Origin: a virus
Strand: one strand, 5' to 3'
Length of the DNA stretch: 64,000 bases
Virus record (IMG/VR): IMGVR_UViG_3300045978_000284
Coordinates: 32,001 to 96,000 of that record
Shown: positions 18,629-28,635 of the stretch, piece by piece
How positions within the stretch are numbered: position 1 is the stretch's first letter
Layout of the letters: each line of letters starts with the position of its first letter
Program-made: the position numbers and the translations under genes
The notes under the pieces: model-generated
What the model was told of the DNA's origin: nothing
Databases searched by the model: none
What the model saw: the letters and a program-made list of their open reading frames with translations, nothing else

Positions 18629-19131
18629 TGCGCTACTGCGAGATCCAGGACGTCCAGGCGCTGCGGACGAACCACCCCATCACCCCTTCGTCCAAGCCCT
18701 CGACCAACGACGTCCAGACGATCATCGAGAACCTCACCTCCCGGGTGAACGGGCGGCTCTCGTCGGCGGGATACATCGTGCCGATCACCGGACCCGCGTC
18801 GCTGGAGTACCTGCGCTCGATGGTGGCGTTCGGCGCCGCCGGGATCATCCAGGACTCCCAAGCCGCCGGGATCGCGCCGGAGCTGCATGGCGTCAACGTC
18901 GAGAATCGCTACTGGAACACCTTCGAGGTCATGCTCGAGGAGTCGGTCAGCGTCGACGGGGTGCTGTCGGACGCGCCGCGCGGCCAGGGCGAATCGAGCG
19001 CCGGCGCCAACGGGCGGCCGCTGCCAGAGAGCTTCTTCACGCGCTACCCGGACGCCAACCCGGACTCGGGCCAGTTCGGCCGCCTCTCGGGGACCGCGGT
19101 CAACCGCTTCCAGATCGGGAAGCAATACTGA
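18628..19131 (+). CDS. Head-tail adaptor
   Basis: MRYCEIQDV...V...I......VNGRL...GY.VP pattern and synteny. Confidence 0.75.
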   Translation: MRYCEIQDVQALRTNHPITPSSKPSTNDVQTIIENLTSRVNGRLSSAGYIVPITGPASLEYLRSMVAFGAAGIIQDSQAAGIAPELHGVNVENRYWNTFEVMLEESVSVDGVLSDAPRGQGESSAGANGRPLPESFFTRYPDANPDSGQFGRLSGTAVNRFQIGKQY

Positions 19132-19583
19132 TGCTGGAGATCGCGTTCACCACCAAGGGCGAGGATCCGGCGGCGTTCGTGCTCCGCTTCGAGCGGACGA
19201 CGGAGCGCGTGGTCAACTTTCGCCCGGCCTTCATGGAGATCGCCCGGGCCCACGGGCTCTACATGGACGAGGTGTTCACGACCGAGGGGCGGACCGGCCT
19301 CGGCCAGTGGCGGGAACTAACTCCGAGCTACTCGAGGTGGAAGGAGCGGGCCTACCCGGGGATGCCGATCGGCACGCGCACGGGCGATCTGCGCCGCGAC
19401 GCCGGGCGCGCGGTGATGGCGGGGTCTAACCGGATCCTCATGGGCCCCCAGGCGGTGGCCTACGCGCCCTTCTTCAACGCGGAGCGTCCCTTCCTGCCGA
19501 TCAATGAGCGCCAGGAGCGCATGTACCGGGAGATCTTCCGGCGTCACGTGCTGGACGCCATCCACGGGGCCCGAGGTGCCTGA
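19131..19583 (+). CDS. Neck/virion morphogenesis protein
   Basis: F.TEG...W..L.PSY...K...TG.LR...YA.F...RPFL motif. Confidence 0.75.
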   Translation: MLEIAFTTKGEDPAAFVLRFERTTERVVNFRPAFMEIARAHGLYMDEVFTTEGRTGLGQWRELTPSYSRWKERAYPGMPIGTRTGDLRRDAGRAVMAGSNRILMGPQAVAYAPFFNAERPFLPINERQERMYREIFRRHVLDAIHGARGA

Positions 19584-20074
19584 TGCCGCCCCGCATGTTC
19601 GAGGCGATCGCCACGAGCCTCCGGGACCTGCTGGTGGCCGAGCTACCGGCCCAGATCGACGCGCTCAACGCGGACCGGGCCGACGACATCGTGCTCGACC
19701 ACATCAAGGACGTGATCATCGGGGAGCGCCTGGCCCTCAACTGGCCGGCGCTCTGGGTGCACGTCGATCGCTCCCGGGTGCCGTCCGATCGGCCGGACAT
19801 GCGCCAGCTCGGGCTGGAGGGTGTGGGGGACTGGGTCTACATGGCGAGCGTCGCCATCGCGGTCACGGATCCCGACAACCCGGACAACCTGCGGCTGCGC
19901 CTCTACCGCTACGCCGAAGCCTTGGCCCTGATCGTCCGGGAGCACATGTACCACCAGACCGGGTGGTACTTCGCGCTCGGCATGGACATCTCGCTGAGCA
20001 CGGCCGGGTGGGTGCGCCAGTCGCTCTGGCGACAAGACGTCCAGTTGCAGGTGGAAATCCACCGCGCTGACTAG
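19583..20074 (+). CDS. Tail terminator/completion protein
   Basis: Synteny, size, WPAL.V motif. Confidence 0.6.
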   Translation: MPPRMFEAIATSLRDLLVAELPAQIDALNADRADDIVLDHIKDVIIGERLALNWPALWVHVDRSRVPSDRPDMRQLGLEGVGDWVYMASVAIAVTDPDNPDNLRLRLYRYAEALALIVREHMYHQTGWYFALGMDISLSTAGWVRQSLWRQDVQLQVEIHRAD

Positions 20075-20083
20075 GAGGAGACC

Positions 20084-20287
20084 ATGCCCCCGTTCAACCC
20101 TGGCGATCAGGTGACGGTCCCGAGCGGACCCGAGGTGCTGACGGTCGTTCCCTCGAAGCCTGGTGATCCCGCGGGATACGTCCGGGTGGACGTGCGCGCG
20201 GCCGATCCGGCGTCACCGCCCTACGAAGGCCCGGACACCGGGCCGCATGCGCTCTACGCGGAAGGCGACGTCACCCCCAGCCCCTAA
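20084..20287 (+). CDS. Small hypothetical protein
   Basis: AGGAGGAG RBS; FNPGDQV..PSGP. Confidence 0.65.
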   Translation: MPPFNPGDQVTVPSGPEVLTVVPSKPGDPAGYVRVDVRAADPASPPYEGPDTGPHALYAEGDVTPSP

Positions 20288-20314
20288 CGAGACGCGACCG
20301 AGGAGGAAGAACCT

Positions 20315-21289
20315 ATGGCGGCGCCTGCCGTTCCGCTAGTCGAACGAAGGACCATCGCGCTCAAGATCGAGACGGTGTACGGCACGGACGTCTTCGCGGG
20401 GACCGTGACCCTGGCGGACGTGATGGAAGCCTACGAGATCATGCCCGAGAGCGGACCGCAGAACGTCGACATCCCGACGATGGGCGGTCTTCTGACGAAC
20501 CTCGGGTCGGTGCCCGGAACGCGGATCGGTCAGGTCAGCTTCGCCATGATGCTGCGCGGCGGCGGGTCGGCCTACAGCACGACCGTCAAGCCCGCGGTGG
20601 ATGTCGCCCTCCGGGCGTGCGGCATGCTGGGGACGTTCTCGGCCACGCCGACCCCGAACTGGGTCTACACCCCGAAGTCCACGGGCTTCGAGGCGGTCAC
20701 CTGTTACGTGATGAACGAGTACGGCCCGACCGTGAAGCTGACCGGTGCCTTCGGGAGCGGCCAGATCATGTTCTCGATGGGGCGGCCGGTCATCATGCGG
20801 GTCACCCTGCAGGGGATCTACACGACGGAAACGGACACCCCGACCATCGTGACCAAGGCGGTGAGCACGTCGCCGGCCTGGCCGACGTTCCTGAACGCGG
20901 CCGCGGTGTGGGGGGCTTACAGCCCCGTCCTGGCGAACGCGAGCCTCAACTTCGGCAACTCGCTCGACGTCATCGAGTCGGCCAACAACGCGGCGGGCAT
21001 CGCCGGCGTCATCTTCGGCACGCGTCGCCCATCGGGCTCCATCGACCCAGCGGTGACCGTGCGGGGCGCCAGCGGCTTCGACTTCATCGCGGACTGGGAA
21101 GCGGCCACGCCGCGCCTGGTGGCCTGGGGCACCAACGGTGTGCAGTACCAGCGCTGCAAGGTGGAAGCCCCGCGGGCCGTCATCCGGTCGCGGCCCTGGA
21201 TCGCGCGAGGCACGAAGGCGGCCTGGCAGCTCGGCTTCGACTGCACGCCGAATCTCGGCGATGACGATTATAAGATCACCTTTGATTGA
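20315..21289 (+). CDS. Major tail tube protein
   Basis: LKIETVYGTD, LRACG, YTP, LTGAFG motifs; no sheath gene nearby. Confidence 0.85.
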   Translation: MAAPAVPLVERRTIALKIETVYGTDVFAGTVTLADVMEAYEIMPESGPQNVDIPTMGGLLTNLGSVPGTRIGQVSFAMMLRGGGSAYSTTVKPAVDVALRACGMLGTFSATPTPNWVYTPKSTGFEAVTCYVMNEYGPTVKLTGAFGSGQIMFSMGRPVIMRVTLQGIYTTETDTPTIVTKAVSTSPAWPTFLNAAAVWGAYSPVLANASLNFGNSLDVIESANNAAGIAGVIFGTRRPSGSIDPAVTVRGASGFDFIADWEAATPRLVAWGTNGVQYQRCKVEAPRAVIRSRPWIARGTKAAWQLGFDCTPNLGDDDYKITFD

Positions 21290-21450
21290 CTACTGAGTAC
21301 TTTTCGCTTGACTAAGCGATGAGCGACAAAGAGCGCGAGGGCCCGTTCCGCCGGCTGTTCTCCGCCTGCATCCGCGGGACGGCTGCCCTCCTGCGGTGGA
21401 TCGCGGGTCGGTCGGGCGAGAAGCCGAAGGACGGCTGAAATGGCCGGGCC

Positions 21451-21648
21451 ATGGTGGTGGCCTCGATCCTCGCGGCGCTGCTGCTGACGGGGTGTGGCGT
21501 ACACTTGGCGAGCGACGCCGAGTCGTCGGTCGTCTCGGCGTGCGGCAACATTCACATGGCGCATCGGCTCCTGATCGAGAAGGGGACCGTCGTGCGGATC
21601 ACGCAGTCGTGCTCGGTCATCATCGAGCAGCAGCGCGACGAGCCGTGA
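21451..21648 (+). CDS. Small lipoprotein
   Basis: Hydrophobic stretch ending in lipobox LTGC. Confidence 0.5.
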   Translation: MVVASILAALLLTGCGVHLASDAESSVVSACGNIHMAHRLLIEKGTVVRITQSCSVIIEQQRDEP

Positions 21649-21736
21649 CGATCAGGGGGCTCATCGTCGCCGCCGGTCTGCACAGCTGAAACTGCCAGTA
21701 CCATAGGCGCGACCGAAGGGCATCTGGAGGCCATCT

Positions 21737-22402
21737 GTGAGTGATACGACGAACGGACTGCCGCCCGGCGCGGTCGTCCTCACCGAGGAGATGTTCGACA
21801 AGACCTGGCACGAGTGGGTCCGCCTGCCAGGCCTGAGCGCGCGCGTGTCCAGGATGACCACCACCCAGCTGCTGCTGCGCGGGTTCCTGCGACCGCCGCG
21901 CGAGTGGGACCCGGTCGAGGTCGAGCGCGTGAAGGTGCTCGCCCTGGCCGCCCGACCGCCGATCGAGGAGGGCGCCGAGACCGAACCGGTGGAGGAGAAC
22001 GAGCTGCTGGAGGCTCGCGCCCAGGAGCTCCGCCGGGACGGCGTGCACGTCGAGATCGGCATGGTGGGCTTTGCCGAGGTCGTGTCCTTCCAGCCCGTGA
22101 TCCCGGGCTCCGAGGCGTGGCCGCCAGAGCATCGCCAGCAGCTGGCCGGCCAGTGGTTTCAGGCCCAGCCGCCCGAGGTCCAGGAGGCCCATCTGGAGGC
22201 ACTCCTGCAGGCGCAGTACCGGATGGTGTCGGCGGGACTCCTGACGCCGCAACTCCGGCCCGACCAGGTGGTGCGCTACAAGGACGACGCGTTCTACCTC
22301 GCAGCGCGGATCGCCGACCTGTCGGGGGTGGGGTTCGGGGCTCCCGCGGCCGAGCCCGCCGCGCCGGCCCCCGACCCTGGACGAGACGCCCCGGACGCCT
22401 GA
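21737..22402 (+). CDS. Tail assembly chaperone
   Basis: GGAGG RBS; position between tube and tape measure. Confidence 0.7.
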   Translation: MSDTTNGLPPGAVVLTEEMFDKTWHEWVRLPGLSARVSRMTTTQLLLRGFLRPPREWDPVEVERVKVLALAARPPIEEGAETEPVEENELLEARAQELRRDGVHVEIGMVGFAEVVSFQPVIPGSEAWPPEHRQQLAGQWFQAQPPEVQEAHLEALLQAQYRMVSAGLLTPQLRPDQVVRYKDDAFYLAARIADLSGVGFGAPAAEPAAPAPDPGRDAPDA

Positions 22403-22451
22403 CGGCTGGTACGAGCTGCCCTTCCGGTCGCGCCGGTTCGGGCAGCCCGTC

Positions 22452-22913
22452 ATGGTCCGTCTCCGCGAGGTCTCCGTCGACGAGCTGCTCGAGGCGGGGA
22501 TGCCGGACCAGGTGTGCGATCCCTACGGGGTGACCTACCGGGCCATGGATGCCGACGAGCAGGTGGCGCTGCGCCTGTCCTGGGAGCACTGGATGAACCG
22601 GCTCCTGGCCACCGCCATCGAGGAACCCGCTTTCCTGCGCGACGAGCGGAAGATCAACCTGATGGGCCCGGACCGGGATCGGGTCGGCTACGCGATGCTG
22701 CGCCGCTGGGGGATCCTCTCGGACACGCCCGGGCGGCTCGATACGACGATGAAGCGCCGCCACTTCCTCGGCATGGTGCAGCGGTTCTCGCTCCGGATGC
22801 GCATGCTCCCGACGGACGTGCTCGCCATGCCGGCCAGCAAGTTCTGGCGAAACTACCTGATCCTGTTCGGCGACTTCGGGTCTCCCGACGAGGAGGTGAT
22901 GCGCGGTGCCTGA
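22452..22913 (+). CDS. Second tail assembly chaperone (start uncertain, possibly reached by frameshift)
   Basis: C-terminal RMLPTDVL.MP..KF motif; open frame continues upstream without ATG/GTG. Confidence 0.65.
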   Translation: MVRLREVSVDELLEAGMPDQVCDPYGVTYRAMDADEQVALRLSWEHWMNRLLATAIEEPAFLRDERKINLMGPDRDRVGYAMLRRWGILSDTPGRLDTTMKRRHFLGMVQRFSLRMRMLPTDVLAMPASKFWRNYLILFGDFGSPDEEVMRGA

Positions 22914-25900
22914 CGAACGGCTGATGTACGAGGTGCAGGCCACCTGGCGGGACAACGCCACCCAGGGCATCCGCGAGTTCCAGCAGCAGCTCGCCACCAC
23001 GACGAAGAACACCGTCGACTGGATGGCGACGACGCGAGATGCCATCCCGATCGCCGGGCAGCTCCAGCAGCGATGGAACGAGGTCGCGCTGGCGATGCGC
23101 AACGTGGCGCCGTCGATCGCCCAGACCATGACCAACCTGACGTCGCTGCACGGCGTCATCCAGCTGGGGGCCCGGCTGATCACAGACCGGATCACCGCGA
23201 CCAACAAGGCCGCGGAGAGCCAGGCTCAGTGGAACATCTCGATTCGCAGCATGACGATGGACGCGTTCGAGGCGGAGCTGGCCTCGGCCAACCGCTCACT
23301 CGAAGAGTTCACGGTCCGCAGCGAGAGCTTCCTCGGGCGCCTGGTCAACGCCTGGACCGATGCCAAGAAAAAGTTCCAGGAAGGCCAGACGACCCGCGAA
23401 CAGTTCCAGGCCGCCCAGCAACAGTTCAACGAAGCGTTTACCCTACGCGAGCTACCGCAGCTGCAGATCCGCGACCAGCTGGAGATGCTCGCCATCCAGC
23501 GACGCATGGCCGAGGCCAAGCGGGACGCATCCCGGACCGAGCAGGAAGCCGCCCAGCACGAGCGGGAGCGCGTGCTCATCATGCGCCAGCAGCGCGAGCT
23601 GCAGCTCGAGCTGGAGCGGATCGAGCTGCGCCGCCAGATCGCCGCCTCCCAGGCCATGGGGCAGACGGCCCGAGCAGAGTACTACCAGGGGCGCCTGGCT
23701 CGGGTGGACCAAGCGGGGGTCGCCGCCCAGCAGATCGAGGATCTCGAACGCCAGCCGCGACGCGGCACCGTGACGGGCACGGGCACGGTCAGCTTCCGGG
23801 AAGGCCGCCAGCTGATCGCGCCGGCGGTCGCCGCGCTGGCGCCCGAGTTTGCCGGCCCGGTCTTCCAGGGCGCCCAGGCCCTGCGCCTCGGCGGCTTCGT
23901 CGCGGCCTCGGGAGCGATGGGCGCCGGCATCGCCCTCGGTGCGATCGGCGTCGGCGTGACGGCGCTCGCCGCGTACATGAACGCCGCGAACGAGGCGGCG
24001 CAGGCGCAGGCCGCGCTGAACCTCGCGGTCCGCTCCTTCGATGTGAGCGGGCTCCATTCCCAGCTGCGCTCGCTCCACGGGGACCTGGAGCTGATCGACG
24101 TCCGTGCGGAGTCGATCACCGGGCACTTCGTCAACATGAGCGCGGCGTTCTACAAGTTCCTGACCGGCATGCCCACGGAGCGCGAGCTGTTCGTCCAGCG
24201 CGCAGCCGCGCTGTCGGCGATTTTCGCCGAGACCGAAGGAGCGGCCGCGACGGCGCGGGCCAACCAGGCGATCATCGGCGGCCAGCAGGCCGGCGTCGGG
24301 GCCCAGCTCGAGGAGGCCCGCTTCCGTCGTGGCCTGGCGGTGTCCCCGGGGGCGATCGCGGGAGCCGTCGGGGTGGAGCGCGGCCTCATGCAGCGCCAGA
24401 CCGAGCTGGAGGTGCAGAGCCTCAACGAACAGCTGCGGGAGCTCGAAGCGCAGCGGCGCAGCCGCCTGAAGCCCATCGAGGATCTCATCCGTCGCTTCGA
24501 GAACATCCCGGGCGGCGACATGGGCGAGCGCGCCGGCCAGATGAGCCGCGACATCGAGGCGCGCCTCAGGTGGGAGATGCGCACCGGCTTCCGGGACCCC
24601 GCGCTCCCGCGATTGAGGGAAGAGCAGCAGACCATGGCGCGGGCCGCCAGAGCGGGCGGGCTCGAACAGCTGCGCACATCGGCGGAGGAAGAGTTCGAGG
24701 GCCGGCGCCAGCAGCTCATCATGCAGCGCGCCGCCGTCGAAGAGCGCGGGGCGACGGCGCGGCGCGGGCTCGACATCGAGCTGCAGCTGGGCAATCTCCA
24801 GCGCATCCAGGAGGGTCTGCAAAGCATCATCTCGGCGCGCACGCTCCTGTCGCAAGGCACCATCGAGGGAGCCCGCTACGAGCGCGGCCGCGCCATCATC
24901 CCCCAGGACATCGAGCGCGCCGGGGCCATCGAACGCGCGGAGATCGTCCAGACGCTGGACCTCGAATCGTGGACGCTCAGGAATCAGCTCACCCAGCTCG
25001 ACGAGGAGCGAAAACTCCGCGGCAGCGAACCCTACGGTCGCCGCGAGGCGCTCGAAACCCAGCTCGACGCCCTGGCCCGCCGCCGGCTGAACGTCCTGCA
25101 GCAGTTCGACGACCGCCTCCAGGCCGAGCGCCAGGCCATGATCGAGGCCATCCGGGTCCGGGAACAGCAAGGCGAGCTGCTGCTCGACTCCGCGCTCTAC
25201 GGTGCGGTGAGCCCCCTGGCCCAGCAGCAAGCGGAGGAATACGGCCAGCGGATCATGGCCGGCCAGGAGCTGCAGCGCACCTACAACCTGCCGGCCATCA
25301 TGGAGCAGCTGCAGGGGCGCATCCCGGAGGCCTTGCGCGAGCGCCTGGGGCGCGCCGCGCCGGCGATCGCCCCGATGGAGATCTCCCAGATCCAGCGCGA
25401 GATGGACTTTCGCGCCCAGCAGGAGCAGTACCGCCTGGCGGGACGCGACCGCGAGATCCAGGCCCGTCAGGAGCAGTTCCAGGCGCTCTACCAGATGGGC
25501 CAGATCACACAGCCCGAGATGTCCCGCGCCGAGATCGCCGGCATGGCGGAGCAGGTCGACGTCCTCACCGACCGCATCCGCGAGCTGAACCGCCAGCGCG
25601 ACGCGCTTGCCGACACCAGCCAGAACCAGGCCCAGCGGGAAGCGCTCGTGGAGGAGACGCGCAAGACCACCGCCGAGATCGAGCGGCTCTACCGGGACAT
25701 GATCGTGTCGATCAAGGAAGTGGGGGACCAGGAGGACCCCTTCGCCGGCGTCATCAAGGGCCTCCAGGACGTGGCCTCCGGCGCCGAACAGTGGGGCACC
25801 CGGATGCGCTCGATCGTGCAGGGCACGGCGTCCGACCTGGGCGGCTTCATGTCGAACAGCTTCTTCACCGTGGTGGACGAGGGATTCAAGGGGCTCGGGC

Positions 25901-28635
25901 CGCTGGCCGAGCAGGCGGGGCGCGCCATCGTCACGCGCTTCCTCTCGGCATTCGCAGAGGCCCAGCTCTCGGATCTCGCCAAGATGTTCCTGGGCCAGGG
26001 AGCCGCCCGCGGCTTCCCGACGCTGACGAGCATCGCCCCGTCGGGTGCCGCCGACGGCGGGGCTCCCACCACAGGCGGCATCCTCCCGGCGGCGGCGGCG
26101 ATCGCGCCCTTCGTGTCGAGTGGTCCGATCGCGCATCCGGCCGAGCCCTCGAGGCCGACGGGTGTCAGCGTACCCGCTGCGGTCCCGGCCGTCCCGGCGG
26201 AGCCCGTCGAGATTCCGGAGCCCGTCGCGATCCCCGCCGAACCCGCGGAGCCCGTCGAGATTCCGGAGCCCGTCGCGCTGCCCGCGCCGCCCATCGGCGT
26301 TGTCCAGCTTCCGCATCTTCTCGCGATTCCAGCCGATCCTCTGGCGCCCATCGACATCCCGGAGCCCATCGCCCTGCCCTCCGGCCCCCTGCTGCCGATC
26401 GAGATCCCGGAACCCATCGCGATTCCGTCGGATCCGCTCGTGCCGATCGAGATCCCCGCGCCCATCGCGCTCCCGGCGGGCCCGCTCCTCCAGGTCGAGG
26501 TCCCGGAGCCGATTGCGCTCCCGGCGGAGCCGGTCGATCTGACCGCGATGCCATCCGTGGCCACGGTGGCGCCGCCGCTGCTGCCAGAGTTCGTGGCCTT
26601 GTCGCCCGCGCCGACCCAGACGCCGCTTGGGTTGGCGGGTCAGATTGGCCAGCTCGCCCGCATCCTCACGGGCGGCCTCGTGGGAGGTCAGCGCCAGCCG
26701 ATCGCCGTCCCGCCTGACCTGATCAGCGCCTTGGTCCTGCCCGGAGCGGCCGTGCCAGGCGCGCAGGCCGTCTCCGGCCCCATGGAGCCGATGGGGCAAG
26801 GCTTCGCCTTCCCAGACGTCAGCCAGTACAGCTTCGGACTGGGCCGCGTCACGGCGCCACAGGTGGGGACCCCCGTCGTCCCTCGTGCACCGGCCACTGG
26901 GTTCTCGGGATTCGTCGAGGGGCTGGGAACGTCGGTGCGCGGGTTCCTCGGCACGCCGATCTCGCAGTTCTTCGGCGGCGGGACGTCCGCGGCCGCCCAG
27001 GCGCGGCAGCTCCAGAGCATGGACGCGTTCGCCACGTTCGACGAGATGGGCACGGCGATGCCCTCCCAGACACCTGGGTTCCAGTCCATGACGCGGTTCG
27101 GCGAGTTCGGCGAGATCACGCCTTCGGTGTCGGCCGCCGGCGCTGGGAGTGGCTTCGACCTGACCGCGGCGCTGCAGTCGCTGACCGTGGGCCAGGGGCT
27201 CGGCCTCGCGCTCTCCTCGGTGACCTTCGGTGTCGGCCTCTACTCGGCCTACCAGTCGGGATCGCCCCTGGCGGGCACGATCACGGGCGGGCTCTCTGGC
27301 GCGGCCCTGGGCGGCCAGCTGGCGGCCACGGGCCTCGTCCCGGTGGCCAGCTCGACGGCCGGCGCGATCGGGGCGGGCGTGGGCGCCGCGGCGGGGCTCG
27401 CGCTGGCGCTCGCCGGTCGGGCCAAGACGAAGCAGGAAAAGCGAACAGCTATCAACCGGACGCGGCGCATGGGGGCCTATGCCACGGGAGCCGCGCGCCT
27501 CGTCCGCCGTCTGGCGCAGGGGCTGGACGAGGCGGTCGACCGGGCGAACGAGGAGGTCCAGAACGCCGCGAAGAACGCCACCCTGGCGAAGCCGGTCGCG
27601 GTGCTCGACGAGTATCTACGGACGCACGTCGTCGGCGATCTGGGCGACCCCGGCTACACCATGACCAACGGGTGGAAGACCTTCGGCGGCACGATGAAGG
27701 GCATCACGGGCGAGATCCAGTACGGCCAGGCGATCGCTTTCAAGGACCCGCTGCCGAAGGGGTGGGGCATCCGCCCGGGCGGCCGCGTGATCGACCCGGA
27801 CCCGAGGTTCGATGTCATCCTGCACGAGGCCGACCTCGGGGCCGGCACGCCCCCCACAGAGTTCTGGGGCTACGCGGACGCCGGCGACGTGGTCACGGTG
27901 CTGGCTGAATACGTCCGGGTGCGGGAGAGGTTTCAGGAGATGCAGGACCGACTCGACCTGGAAGCGGCGGGCGACCGCCTGACGGCAGCGGCGGAAGCGG
28001 CGGACGAACACGTGGCGGCCATGGCCAAGCTCGCCTATGGTCAGCCGCGCGCGGCGGCGATCTTCTTCGAGTCGCTCCGGGGCGGCCAGGTGGCCGGACT
28101 GCCCCTCGGCGGCGTGATCCGGAAGCTCGCCCAGCTCAACCTGGCCGGTCGCTTCGGGCAGGACTGGCCGGTCGATGCCGAGCTGCAGGGCCTCGCGGAC
28201 GACGAGCGCCTGGGTCCCGCGGTGGATGTGCCGGACTCGTTCATCGCGGCGGACAATCTGGGGCGCCTCCGGTCGATCGTGGAGGGCGCCCGCCGCGGGC
28301 GCGAACAGCTGGACGAGGCAGACGCGGACCTGCGCGCCCAGTTCCAGGAAATCGGTGAAAAGGCCCCCATCGCCTATGATGAACGCTCGACCGTGGGGGG
28401 CGTGACCAGGCGGACGTACTTGCCGTTCCAGGCGCGGCCGGGCGGACCGGCCGACGACGTGTATGAAGCGCCCCGGGGCCAGCAGTTCCTCGTCAGCGGC
28501 CAGCAGCTCGGCTCGCTCGGACTCACGGACGATCAGGTGTCGGATCTGATCAAGCACATCCGCGAAGTGGCAGGCCGCCGGGGCATGGTGATGGACCTCG
28601 GGTCAGATGATTTCATGATGACCGGCCTCGGCTGA
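22906..28635 (+). CDS. Tape measure protein
   Basis: 1909 aa, Ala/Gln/Glu/Arg helical, Gly-rich TM-like segments, synteny. Confidence 0.9.
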   Translation: MPDERLMYEVQATWRDNATQGIREFQQQLATTTKNTVDWMATTRDAIPIAGQLQQRWNEVALAMRNVAPSIAQTMTNLTSLHGVIQLGARLITDRITATNKAAESQAQWNISIRSMTMDAFEAELASANRSLEEFTVRSESFLGRLVNAWTDAKKKFQEGQTTREQFQAAQQQFNEAFTLRELPQLQIRDQLEMLAIQRRMAEAKRDASRTEQEAAQHERERVLIMRQQRELQLELERIELRRQIAASQAMGQTARAEYYQGRLARVDQAGVAAQQIEDLERQPRRGTVTGTGTVSFREGRQLIAPAVAALAPEFAGPVFQGAQALRLGGFVAASGAMGAGIALGAIGVGVTALAAYMNAANEAAQAQAALNLAVRSFDVSGLHSQLRSLHGDLELIDVRAESITGHFVNMSAAFYKFLTGMPTERELFVQRAAALSAIFAETEGAAATARANQAIIGGQQAGVGAQLEEARFRRGLAVSPGAIAGAVGVERGLMQRQTELEVQSLNEQLRELEAQRRSRLKPIEDLIRRFENIPGGDMGERAGQMSRDIEARLRWEMRTGFRDPALPRLREEQQTMARAARAGGLEQLRTSAEEEFEGRRQQLIMQRAAVEERGATARRGLDIELQLGNLQRIQEGLQSIISARTLLSQGTIEGARYERGRAIIPQDIERAGAIERAEIVQTLDLESWTLRNQLTQLDEERKLRGSEPYGRREALETQLDALARRRLNVLQQFDDRLQAERQAMIEAIRVREQQGELLLDSALYGAVSPLAQQQAEEYGQRIMAGQELQRTYNLPAIMEQLQGRIPEALRERLGRAAPAIAPMEISQIQREMDFRAQQEQYRLAGRDREIQARQEQFQALYQMGQITQPEMSRAEIAGMAEQVDVLTDRIRELNRQRDALADTSQNQAQREALVEETRKTTAEIERLYRDMIVSIKEVGDQEDPFAGVIKGLQDVASGAEQWGTRMRSIVQGTASDLGGFMSNSFFTVVDEGFKGLGPLAEQAGRAIVTRFLSAFAEAQLSDLAKMFLGQGAARGFPTLTSIAPSGAADGGAPTTGGILPAAAAIAPFVSSGPIAHPAEPSRPTGVSVPAAVPAVPAEPVEIPEPVAIPAEPAEPVEIPEPVALPAPPIGVVQLPHLLAIPADPLAPIDIPEPIALPSGPLLPIEIPEPIAIPSDPLVPIEIPAPIALPAGPLLQVEVPEPIALPAEPVDLTAMPSVATVAPPLLPEFVALSPAPTQTPLGLAGQIGQLARILTGGLVGGQRQPIAVPPDLISALVLPGAAVPGAQAVSGPMEPMGQGFAFPDVSQYSFGLGRVTAPQVGTPVVPRAPATGFSGFVEGLGTSVRGFLGTPISQFFGGGTSAAAQARQLQSMDAFATFDEMGTAMPSQTPGFQSMTRFGEFGEITPSVSAAGAGSGFDLTAALQSLTVGQGLGLALSSVTFGVGLYSAYQSGSPLAGTITGGLSGAALGGQLAATGLVPVASSTAGAIGAGVGAAAGLALALAGRAKTKQEKRTAINRTRRMGAYATGAARLVRRLAQGLDEAVDRANEEVQNAAKNATLAKPVAVLDEYLRTHVVGDLGDPGYTMTNGWKTFGGTMKGITGEIQYGQAIAFKDPLPKGWGIRPGGRVIDPDPRFDVILHEADLGAGTPPTEFWGYADAGDVVTVLAEYVRVRERFQEMQDRLDLEAAGDRLTAAAEAADEHVAAMAKLAYGQPRAAAIFFESLRGGQVAGLPLGGVIRKLAQLNLAGRFGQDWPVDAELQGLADDERLGPAVDVPDSFIAADNLGRLRSIVEGARRGREQLDEADADLRAQFQEIGEKAPIAYDERSTVGGVTRRTYLPFQARPGGPADDVYEAPRGQQFLVSGQQLGSLGLTDDQVSDLIKHIREVAGRRGMVMDLGSDDFMMTGLG
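26190..26540 (+). repeat. Approximately 16-aa Pro-rich repeats in tape measure
   Basis: P[IV][ED]IPEP[IV]A[LI]P units, about 7 copies. Confidence 0.85.

Noticed and set aside
23073-26799. Very long alternative-frame and antisense ORFs (23073..26717, 23452..26799, 7373..10369, 28533..31061 and similar)
   Set aside because: Shadow ORFs expected at this GC content; Arg/Pro/Gly-rich or His/Leu/Val-rich translations without motifs, overlapping well-supported genes
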